Source of the DNA: Nannocystaceae bacterium
GTDB taxonomy: Bacteria > Myxococcota_A > Polyangia > Nannocystales > Nannocystaceae
Length of the DNA: 40,000 nt
Direction: 5' to 3'
Assembly (NCBI GenBank): GCA_036479215.1
Contig: JAZGFE010000196.1
Location: 49,538 to 89,537 of the forward strand
The translations under genes were made by a program, and so were the position numbers. The first letter of the stretch is position 1. Each line of letters opens with the position of its first letter. This document shows positions 22,943 to 33,700 of the stretch, piece by piece. A model generated the notes under the pieces. That model searched no databases, was not told the DNA's origin, and saw only the letters and a program-made list of their open reading frames with translations.

Positions 22943-24562
22943 GTGCCGATGCCGGCCAAGTTGACCCTTCGCAACGGCGAACACTCCACGGACTACACGC
23001 TGGGTGCCTCCAATACGGTCGGTCGCCACCCGGATAACACGATTCAGCTGCTCGACCAGATCGTTTCGAAAGAGCACGCCCGTATTTCAGCGTGCGGGCA
23101 GGGTGGCTACGTCCTCCGGGACTCTGGCAGTCTCAACGGAACATACGTCAACGGCAGGCGCGTTGAGGAGCATGATCTCCGTTCAGGAGATCAAATTTCC
23201 ATGGGCGAGACGACTTTGCTCTTCACCGAACTCGGCCCTTCTACAGAAGCAAGCCCACTGTCCCGCGTGACCATGATGCCCGGGCAGGTCCAAAGCGAGA
23301 TTCGCCGACGCGTCGCGAGCTCCAGCCAGTTCCTACCAGCGGCCGAAATCGACGATCTGGACCTGCTTCGCGCCGACTATGAAAAACTGCGCGCAGCCCA
23401 TGAACTGGCCCAGCGCCTCGCCCTCCACGCGGATCTCGACGTCGTACTCCAGCGGATCGTCAACGAGACCATGCGCCTGATTCCGGCCGACAGAGCCGTC
23501 ATCTTGCTTTGCACGCCGGAGGACGACACCCTCGTTCCAAGCTTCGTACGACAAAAGCGCGAAGAGGAGATCAATCTTTCCACCAGTATTCTCGATGAGG
23601 TCCGGACCAAGAAACGCGCGGTACTGTCTTCCGATGCCCTCGTGGACGCGCGCTTCAAGGCCGCCAGGAGCGTAATCATGCAGGGTATCCGCTCAACCAT
23701 GTGCGTGCCTCTGCTTGTGCGGGACGAGTTTTTGGGGGCATTCCACATTGATAGCGTCCTAACCACCGGTGCTTTTACCGAGAAGGACCTCCTTCTGTTT
23801 TCCGGCATAGCAAGCCAAGCCGCCATTGCCATCCAGAACCAACGACTAGCAAAAAAAATCGAATCCGAAGCAGCCACCCGTGCCCAGTTTCAGCGCCTAC
23901 TGTCCCCCCAGCTCGTAGATCAACTCGTCGCTGGCGAGCTCACCCTAGACCGTGGGGGTTCGCTACGGGAGGTCACCATGCTTTTCGCGGACATTCGTGG
24001 TTTTACGGCCCTCAGCGAGCGCAACCCGCCAGGAGTGATGGTTGAGACGCTCAACGCCTACTTCGAGGTGATGGTCGACGTATTGTTCGACCACGGGGGA
24101 ACGCTCGACAAGTATGTTGGGGATGAAATCATCGGCCTTTTCGGCGCCCCCGTAGCGATCGACCAAGCCCCGCTACGCGCGATTCGCTGCGCACTCGACA
24201 TGCTTCGCGCGCTGACGGATTTCAACCGGCAGCGCCTGCAGGCCGGATTGGAGGCGATTGAGATCGGGATTGGGATCAATTCCGGTTCGGTCATCGCTGG
24301 AGCGATCGGTTCTCGCCGAACGCTCCAGTACACCGTTGTTGGCGACGCGGTCAATGTCGCGTCGCGCCTCTGCTCTGTCGCCGCCGCCGGAGAGATTATT
24401 GTGAGTGATTCTACTCTGCGAAGTTGCCGTGATCAGGTCGCCGTCGAGCAACGACATCCGGTCACCGTGAAAGGCAAAGCCCAGTCGCTGCGCATTTTTC
24501 GCGCGGTGGGACTCCGAGAGCCTGCTTCAGTGATCCACGACTGCACGAAAGGCGCCCAGTAG
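22943..24562 (+). CDS. FHA - GAF - class III nucleotidyl (probably adenylyl) cyclase
   Basis: FHA: TVGRHPDNTIQLLDQIVSKEHARI..LNGTYVNG. Central GAF-like region. Cyclase: VTMLFADIRGFTALSE, LDKYVGDEIIGLFGAP (carries the Lys typical of adenine selection), IGINSGSVIAGAIGS, YTVVGDAVNVASRL. Start is GTG 22943 or ATG 22949. Confidence 0.9.
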   Translation: MPMPAKLTLRNGEHSTDYTLGASNTVGRHPDNTIQLLDQIVSKEHARISACGQGGYVLRDSGSLNGTYVNGRRVEEHDLRSGDQISMGETTLLFTELGPSTEASPLSRVTMMPGQVQSEIRRRVASSSQFLPAAEIDDLDLLRADYEKLRAAHELAQRLALHADLDVVLQRIVNETMRLIPADRAVILLCTPEDDTLVPSFVRQKREEEINLSTSILDEVRTKKRAVLSSDALVDARFKAARSVIMQGIRSTMCVPLLVRDEFLGAFHIDSVLTTGAFTEKDLLLFSGIASQAAIAIQNQRLAKKIESEAATRAQFQRLLSPQLVDQLVAGELTLDRGGSLREVTMLFADIRGFTALSERNPPGVMVETLNAYFEVMVDVLFDHGGTLDKYVGDEIIGLFGAPVAIDQAPLRAIRCALDMLRALTDFNRQRLQAGLEAIEIGIGINSGSVIAGAIGSRRTLQYTVVGDAVNVASRLCSVAAAGEIIVSDSTLRSCRDQVAVEQRHPVTVKGKAQSLRIFRAVGLREPASVIHDCTKGAQ

Positions 24563-24734
24563 CAGGGGCGACGACCGGGCTGACTCCGATCCAAACGGAC
24601 GCGTGCCAAAACGCCAGAAGCGTCCAGAAGATACAACGACTGGCAGGAGAACTGGGCTAGCCGTTCCACTCGCATGCACCCGGGACCACAGGGGACACGC
24701 GGTCCCAACGGGTCGACCGACGTCCTGGGGAAAT

Positions 24735-27700
24735 CTAGCCGACGTGCAGACCCATATGCCGCCGCGCGGTAAAGAAGTCCTCGCTTATACTGTAAAGGAC
24801 CAGTTCCTTGATTTTGTCCTTCGGAGTCATCGAACTCCCGAGCTGTGACTGCTCCTGTGCAATCATGTGAGCCGCCACCGCCAGGTCCCCGCAAAGTAAA
24901 AGACCAACCCGATAGCAGGTGAGCTCCATAGCGGACGCCCAGCTCTTGACGTCGGCCGAGCCACCTTGGTCCACAAACTTCCGCATCAAGGTCTTGAGCT
25001 GGTCTTGTTGTCCGGAACTCATTCGGCCGGAGATTTCGCGAGCGATCATGTCGAAATCGCGCAACTCTCCCCCCTCGGTGGCACGCAGCTCGATGCCGCA
25101 GATCCGCATGCAAGCCATGAACACCTGCCGCAGGTTCTGGGGGGAGCGCGACAAGGCGACGAAACTGTAGTGCGGCGGATACAACTCCGCCATATAGCGC
25201 CCCATGGCGAAGGCCAGGTGAGCCTCGCTCATACCCCGCAACATGTTTGCGAAGACCAAGATGGACGGCGTGACGTGATTGTCACGCTTGGTATTCATCA
25301 GCGTCATGTCGCCAGGGTCCTGCGCTCGCAAGTAGACGTCTGGCTTCGCCACGCCGAGCACATCTTTCACGTAGTTGGCGATACGGGAAAACGCGGATGG
25401 ATCCGTCGAGATGTCCACCAGGTCAGAGGGACGAACCGTCGGCGGCAATTCCTGTGCTTGATATGCAGCCACCGCGGGTGCAACCACACCCAGAATCGCC
25501 GTGAGATAGGGATCCTCCTGAGGATGGAACACGTACTTGCGCATCACGTCCTCCGAGAGCCGTTGCCGCGCTTGCACGAAACGAGGTCGGCGGTACTTCT
25601 CAAACAGGCGAGCCTCTTCCTTGTCCGCTTTCTTCAGGAACACGAGCACCGCAGCGACACAAAACGCCTTGTCCAGCTCACCAGCGCCGCTGAAGATGTT
25701 GAACATCGCATGATAGCTTTCCGTGCGAAAAGGCTCGTGGGCGATGAGCAACTGATGCTGGCGCACGGCCTCCGAAGAGTATTTGGCCCGGTCCTCACCT
25801 AAAAGCTGTTCGTAGAGCTCGGCTAGGATGACGCGCCGCTGAACGTTCTTCGGCTCGTATTGCAATGCGACCTCGAACGCAGCCGCCGCCGACTTGTAGT
25901 CCCGCAACCGGCTGCGGTAAACTTCACCGAGGTTGGCCCAAAGCGCCAATTTAAGCTCGCGCTCGCCCTTCTCCGGCAACCGCTTCAGCATCTTGCGATA
26001 AGCACGCTCCAGTGTTTTCCAGTCGCGTGTCTTCGTGACCATGCGATCCAGCGCCTGAAACGCCTTAAGCATGGAGGGATCGTCATCAAGTACCTTGTTG
26101 AAACGATCGATCGCCTCGTCGTGAGCACCCGTCTCATCGCGTAACAAAACGGCTGCCGTGTAATTATAGCGGCTCCGCCGCGTAGCATCCGCCTCGATAT
26201 CAACGATATGATCGAGCATACGGATTGCGTTTTCCCAATCCTTCGCTGTGGTGTAGAGGTCAAGCATCGTATGCAACAGCGCAAAGTCGTTGGGCTCAAG
26301 CGCCAGTGCCTCGCTGTAGGCATCGGCAGCCTTCTTCCGATTCCCAAGCTTCTCGATATAGAGCCCACCAAGTTCTTTGAGCAGCGCGGCACGATCGTCG
26401 GGCGAGGCCACCTCGGTCAGAGCCCGTTTGGCCTCGATCACGCCTTCCCAGTCATTTGCGTCGGTCTGTAGCTCGATGATCGCCTCTAGGGTCGGCCGAT
26501 GACTGGGGTCAACCTCCAACGCCTTTTCTAGATAGTTCAGGGCCTTGCGTGGCTGCTCTTGGCGACGCTTGATCGCCCCAAGACGATGGTACACAAGTAC
26601 GGTTTCCTCGACCGACTGGCTATCCCTGTGCTGTACCAATATGGTCTGGTAAAGCTTGAACGCCTTGTCCCACTGTTCCTCCTTGAACAAGATATCAGCC
26701 ATCCCCGCGAGGACGGAATAGTCGGTCGAATCCAGATCGTACGCGCGCTTAAAATATCCGTATGCTTTGCTCGCGTCGTCAAGGCGCTCTGCCGTTCGTG
26801 CCGCTTCGAGGTAGAGGTCGCGCAGCTGTTCGTCATCGTAGTCCAGCTGGTCCGACTTACGCACGAGCATCTCGTAAATGGGAGCCGCCTCCGCGAATCT
26901 CGAATCCTCGGCATACATCCCAGCAAGTATCTTGCCAACAACAACGTGCTCGGGATCGACGGACATCGTGACCGCGAACAACTCCGTGGCCTTCGTCCGT
27001 TCTTCAAGCTGCTCAAGGTAGATCATCCCAGCTTGCGCAGCCAGCTGCGTCTTCCTGAGCGGGTTCTGTGCAGCCTCCGAAGCCGTCTGCAACGCTCTCG
27101 TTGCTTTGAGCCAGTCGCTACGGTTCTCGTACAACTCCGCCAGCAGCGTCAACGCCGGCACATGCCCCGCATCGAAGATCAGAGCTTGATTCAGGTATTC
27201 CTCGGCCTGTACCTCCTCCCCTAGACGCTCAAGGTACAGCCTGCCCATCCGGGTAAGCAGTTCCAGCTTCGCCTCGGGGTCTTCGCTCAGCTCCACCAGT
27301 CTCCCCATCGTCCCCACGGCTGCGCCCCAGTCTTCCGTCATCTCCTGCAAGCGACTCAAAGTATTGGCAGCGGCAAAAGACTGTGGCTGCAAGTCTAGAA
27401 TCTCCTGGTACGCTTCAACAGCGCGATCGACATCCTGAATGTGGGTCTCGAAGACGCCACCCAGCGCAGTCAATAGCTCCACCTTCACGGCCGCGTCGTC
27501 GCTTGCTTCGATATGCGAACGATAGGTCTCCACCAGTTCGGCCCACCGCTCCAGTTCAGCGTACAAAGTTTCGAGCTGGCGATAAGTGCCGTCCCTTTGG
27601 GAATCGAGCGTGATGATCTTCTCAAGCACCTCGGCCGCGCGCGCGGGGTCGTTCACTGGCCCCGTAAGGGCTCCTGTCATCTTTTCGTAGATACTGATCT

Positions 27701-30700
27701 GCTGCTCGGCGTCCACGGTGGCGTCTAGTTGTGCATCTAGAACGCTCAGATACTGGCCAATATCGTCCGCAGCGAGGTACAAGCGCTCCAGCGCTTGCAG
27801 AACCTCCCGCTCAGTGGGCTCATTCTCGACAATCTCTTGATACGTAGAGATCGCCGCCACAGGGTCACCCAGGGCGGCCTCCTGGATGGAACCGATCCTT
27901 TTGCGTAACAACAGCACCTCGTCCAGATCTTCGCTTATGGCCGCGCACTGCCGCAACACGTCCACAAGCGCCGCCCACTGTCCTTGCTGCTCGTAGAGCC
28001 GGATGAGTGCGTCGAGCGCGAGACGGCTTTCATTGTCGATCTCAAGTACCGCGCGATACGACTCGACCGCGGCGGGCAGGTTCTGCTGTCCAGTCTCTTG
28101 AACCTCCGCTAGATCCAGGAGTGTCCGCGCATGGACTTCGGGGTCCTGTTCCAGCGGCACGATCCGTTTCAAGCTTGTCGCTAGTTCTTCCGCGTCGCCC
28201 GCTCGCCGATAGAAATTCGCCAATTCGCGCAACGCGTTCAGGTTCTCCGCATTAATCTCCAGCGCTTTCTGCAATGATCGGATCCCGAAGTCCGGCCGCT
28301 CGAGATGTTCACCGTACCAGCGACCGATCTTCACCCAGAGCTCACAACGCTCTTCCGGGTCCTCAAGCTGCTCCACCAGCTCGTTGTATTCGGCAAGCAA
28401 TTCGTTCCACTTGTCGGCCTCGCTGGCCAGTCGTTCCAGTTCCCGGGAGGTATCTTCGTTGGAGTAGTCGATATTGAACGCGGCCTGGAGAACCTCGAAA
28501 GCGCTATCTTTGTCGTCGAGTTTCTCCTCAAAAATTCGGCCCGTACGCTGAAGATACTCCACTTTTGCAGCTGCATCCTCCGTGTGTTCGGCACGGGTCA
28601 TCAGCAACTGCGCCAGTGATTCCCATTCCCCGGTATCGGTATAGATCGTTTCGAGCGCGTCCCCGGCCGGGCGATGATTCACATCAATCTCAAGAATCTG
28701 GATATACGCCGCAGACGCCTCAGCCTTGCTCTCGAGTCTCTCATCCCACATCGAGGCGATCTGCATGAGCACATCGAGCCTACTGTCGGGATCCTCCTCC
28801 AGCACTTCGCTCTTGCGTTCCAAGACTTGGATCGCATCCGGCCACTGCGCCTGGGCGAGATACAACTGTTCAAGAGCCTGAAGCGCTTCCATATCCTTCT
28901 CGTCGATGGCGAGCACCCGCTGCCAAGCTTCGATCGCATCCTGCGGCTGCATTAGGTACTCACCCTGAATCAAGCCGGCTTGTGCGCACAGATCACGCAT
29001 CGTCTCCCAGCCCAAGCGCTCGTGCCCCAACGCAATCAGTCGCTGGATGACGTCGATGAGTTCGACCCAGGCCTGCCGCTCTTCGTAGACACGTTTCAGT
29101 GCGGACAACACCTCAATATTGTCAGTGTCCAGCTCCAGTGCATTCAGCCAAGCATCGATCGCCTGACGCTCGGAGTCTAGGTGCTCGCTGTACGCTTCTC
29201 CCAACTGTTGATAGACGTGCACCTTCTCGTCTGTATCGTCCAAGACAGCAAGCCGCCGCTCGAGCACGACAGCAAGCTCCTCCCAACGACCCGCGCTGCG
29301 GTGCAGACCGGCGACCTCCCCAAGGGCCCGAGGATCTTCGCCGCGCAAATCGAGCACGCGGGCCCAAAGATCCAGCGCATCACCCTCGCGTCCGAGGGTA
29401 TCCGATGCGATCTTTGCCATACGCTCGTAGCAACGAGCCATATCTTCGTCTGTACCCGCCGTATCAACCATCCGCTGATAGTTGTCGAACAGAGCCTCCC
29501 AGTGGCCTTCGCCCAGGTGCAATGCTTCGAGTCGAGCAAGAGCGTCAGTATTCCGATTGTCATGTTCCAAGGCGCGCTTATAGGCCGCGATCGCCTGCTC
29601 GGAATTTCCGAGTTGGTCCTCGAAAACATGAGCGAGACGCAGCTCAAGCAACGCTAGGTTCTCGCTGTCCAGGGTCGCCGAAATATGGCGACGAAGTACG
29701 TCCGCCACCTCTTCCCACTGCTCGGTCGCGGCATACAACCGCGCGAGCGCTTCTAATGCGTCACCTTGCTCGGGGTCGACCTCGAGTACGGACCGATACA
29801 TCTGGACGGCACTCTCGTAGTCTTGGAGGCGCTGCTCTAGGACCCGCGCCGAGCGAGCGTAGACAGAGAGTCTAATTTCAGGGGATACCCCCCCATCGGC
29901 CTGCAGGATTTCGTTGCCCACTTTGACGATATAGGCCCACTCTTGGGTGAGTGCAGCCAGCCGTTCCACCTCTTCGGCGGCATGCTCGCTCAGGGGGTCG
30001 TCCATATAGGCCCGCAGCCACCAGATGTAGGCCTCGCCGCTATCACCGAGGCGACGCTCGCAGATCTCAGCCACGTTCTGAACGATGGAGAGGCGCTCGT
30101 CTGTGTCCTCCGTGGTCTCCAATTTGACTTCCCCCAACTTGACAAGCTGCGGCCACGCTTCGCTTGAGTAGTAGAGCGGCTCCAGAATCTCCGCGATCTC
30201 GCGCTGGCGCTCCCCCCCCGTAAACATGAGCTCCAGGGCCTCTAGACTCGACCCGTGCTCAGGATTCTCGGTCAGAATTTCGCGGTAGACATCCACCGCA
30301 CGGGCCATGTCCTGGAGGTTGTGCTGATAGATCTGCGCCGTTGTGAACCGTAGAGCAGTCGCTTCGTCTGGATCGCTAGCCCCGGCGATCTTGCGCTGTA
30401 GATTCCTGACCACATCTGTCCATCGCTCCAGACCTTTATACAGTTCGTCCAGCGTGTCGATCGTCTCTCGGTCCTCGGGGTCTGCCTCGAGTGCCGCTTC
30501 GTAGCGCAGCACAGCCGCATCGATATCTTGTAGTTTATCGCGCTCGATCGCCGCGATACGCCGCTGGGTGATCAGCTTGCTTGCGGGGTCCATATCCCTC
30601 TCGGCGTGCGCGCCCAACAGCGCCGCAAATCGCTTCCAGTCGCCAGTGACGTCTGCAAGGCGCTCCATGTGCTCCATCGCAAGCTCATCGCGCGGCTCGA

Positions 30701-33700
30701 TGGCGAGGATGCGCGCGTACGCCCCGAAGGCGTCGTCGAACGCACTCAGTTGCCCTTCACAGATCGCCGCTATTTGGTGCAGTCGCTCGACTCGTACGAC
30801 TGGGTCGTCGCTATGTTTGATGACGACCTCGTAGAGCTCTATCAATTTGGGCCAGGCCGCGAGGTCCCGGTAGAACGGCTCAAGAACATACGCGGCCGCC
30901 ATGGGCTCAGCGTCCTCATGAACCATCTGATCGAGGGCCTCGATGGTCGGTTTATGCCCCGGGTCGTGGGCGAGGACGGCACTGTACCCTTGCACGGCAC
31001 GCGCCGAGTCGCCAAGGTTTCCAGCCCACAGCTGCGCGACACGAAAACGCAGGGCGGTCTTCTCCTCGGGGCGCTCGGCGATCTCGAGTGCGCGCTCGAG
31101 AACCTGCAGCTGGTCTAGCCAGCGCTCCGCGTTCCCGTAGAGACGATCCAGCGCGGCAATCGCATCGTATTGTCGCGGGTCGGTTTCGAGGATCGTCTCG
31201 TAGGTGTCGATGGCGCGGTCTATGTTCTTGAGCTCCACGTCATAGACTTGGCCGAGCACATGGAGCAGCCGGCAGCGCTCATCGGGGTCCTCGACGATCT
31301 CCGTCTTGCGCGTGTAAATATCTTTGAGGCACTCCCATTGCTCGAGCCGTATGTAGAGTTTCTCCAAGGCGTCGAGCGCTGCGCTGTCGCTATCATCGTG
31401 GGCAAGTACCTGTTGATAGTGCTCGATCGCCCCCTCGGGGTCATCCATCACGGTTTCGCGCACGTTCGCTGCGTACAGCAGCAATTGTTTTCTGTCGTCC
31501 GCGCTATCTACGAGCGAGGCTTTGCGTGTCACGGCGTCCACCAGTGCTTCGTAGCTATTCGTCCGCCGATGCAATTCGATCAGTGCGTCCATCGCCTCGA
31601 AGGTTCCTGGGTCGATCTCCAGGATGCGCTCGTAGGCTTTCGCCGCCTGTGCGGGGTCGTTGACGACGGTCTCGAAGAGGACGGCGATGCGACCGAGCAC
31701 CTGAATTCGCATGTGATCGTCAACAATATCGGTCACGCACTTCTCGTACAGTGCGATCAATTCGGTGTGCGCCCCCATCTGTTCCGCCAGGCTCTCCAGC
31801 CGGCGCTGCACATCCTGGTTGGAAGGATCCTCTCGGAACGCGCGGCCTATGGCCGTGAAAGCCTTTTCTGGCTGCTCGCCCGCAATCTCATGGAGCTCGC
31901 TGATTTGGGACAACAGCTGCAGCTTCTCACTCGGATCGAGCGAGCGTGCGACCATGATTTCGTACGCTCGAATGAGCTTCGGCCACTCGTTCTGTGCGCG
32001 ATACAACGGCTCGAGAATGCGAGCGACGGTCAACTGCTGCTCACTGTCGTCGAGCATCGTCTCCAAGGCGGCCGCCGCGACTGCATTCCCGGGCTCGAGC
32101 TCGAGCACGCGGCGATAGAGATCGACCGCCAACGGTGCTTGCTGGGTGTGGGAGAGGCGGAGGTCACCAAGCCGAAGATTCAGCGCGACCTGCTTCTCGG
32201 GCCCCTCGGCGACGGCCAACTGCCGCTCGAGAATCTCCGCTAGCTCTGTCCAGCGTTCTTGTGCCTGGTAGAGACGGTCTAGGGCCGAGATCGCTTGCGA
32301 GTTATTCTCCTCGTCTGCGACAATATCGGTGTAGGTGGCGATCGCGTCATCCACCGCCGCAAGCATTTCTTCCTGCAGGTACGCGATCTGAAAACGAAGT
32401 TGCTGGCGCGCCTGGGGGTCGTCCTCAAGCGCAACTTTGCGCCTGAAAATCTCTAGCAGTTCTCCCCAACGCTCGCTCCGTTCGTAGAGGACCTGGAGCG
32501 CGCGCAGAGCATCGTCATTGTCGGGATCGATCGCCAACGCGCGCTGATAGCAACGGATGGACTTGTCGCTCGCACCCAGTTGTTGATCATAAACAGCCGC
32601 CAACTGACCAAGCAAGCTCTGCATCAGTTCGCTTGGCAAGTCCTCCGAGATCGCAGCCTCGTACAGCCCTGCGAAGTCCTCCCAACGCCCCTCGATCGCG
32701 GCGAGCTGCTCGATCGCTTCGCGTGCAGCGGCGCTACTGGGATCGATCGCAAACGCGCGGCTGTACGCAGAAAACGCAGCGGCATGATCGTGGGTAGCTT
32801 GCGATAAAATCGCGCCGATGCGAAGCAGTATCCCGAGGCGCGCTGTATCAGAGGTCTGCGCTGCGTTCTGGATTTCGAGACATTCTACCAGCTGCGGCCA
32901 CGCCTCTGTCTGCTCGTAGATGGGCAGGAGTATCTCCGCGACCGCCGTCCGCAGGTCCCCATCTGCGAGGCGCGCCTCAAGGCCTGCCCGCGCGCTCGCG
33001 TGCCCTGGGACCAGTCCCAGCACCTGCCGCCATAGTTCCACGGCCGACCGATCGTCTCCGAGCCGATCCTCGTGCAGGCTGGCCAACCGCGCGAGCAGAT
33101 CAGCCCTCTGCCCCGGCTCCCTGTCGCCACTTGCGTCGTATTCTCGCCGAACAATCTCTGCCAGCTCAGGCCATCGCTCAAGGTTCGTATAAACACGATC
33201 GAGGGACGCCAACACCTCAGGCTCATCCTCGCCTTCCGCCAAGACCGCGACATAGGCCTCAGCGGCCTCTTCGTTGTTTCCCAGCTGCTCGTGCAAGCTG
33301 GCGATGCGGCCTTGAGTCTGCCGCCGGTCCTCGGCGGTGGTAGCCAACGATAGTTTCGTGCCAAGCACTCGAAGCAGATCGAGTTCTCTCCCCTGTGCGA
33401 GGTAGATCCTTTCCAGCGAGGCGAGGGACGTCCGCTGCTCGGGCGCGATCTCCAAGATCGCCTGATGACCTTCGAGCGCTTTGTCGAGCTCGTTGAGGTG
33501 TTCCTCATACACTTCGGCCACTGTCAGCCGCAGCGCCAAGCTGTCCGTCGTTGCGCCGTATTGCTCATAGGCGGCCTCGAAACTGGTCACCAACTCGTTG
33601 TGCAGCTGGGTCTCTCCCAGGAGGCGGCGCATATTCTCCGCGGCCTCAGCCAGAGTATGGTCGACGGCGAGGGCGTCTTTATAGTAGCCGAATGCCTGGC

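Noticed and set aside
24966-32243. Long plus-strand ORFs antisense to the giant TPR gene (for example 24966..25802 at 278 aa, 26559..27224 at 221 aa, 29099..29875 at 258 aa, 31170..32243 at 357 aa).
   Set aside because: All lie fully inside the uninterrupted 11.7-kb minus-strand ORF. Their translations are Leu/Val/Arg/His-rich mirror images of TPR codons with no recognisable motifs.
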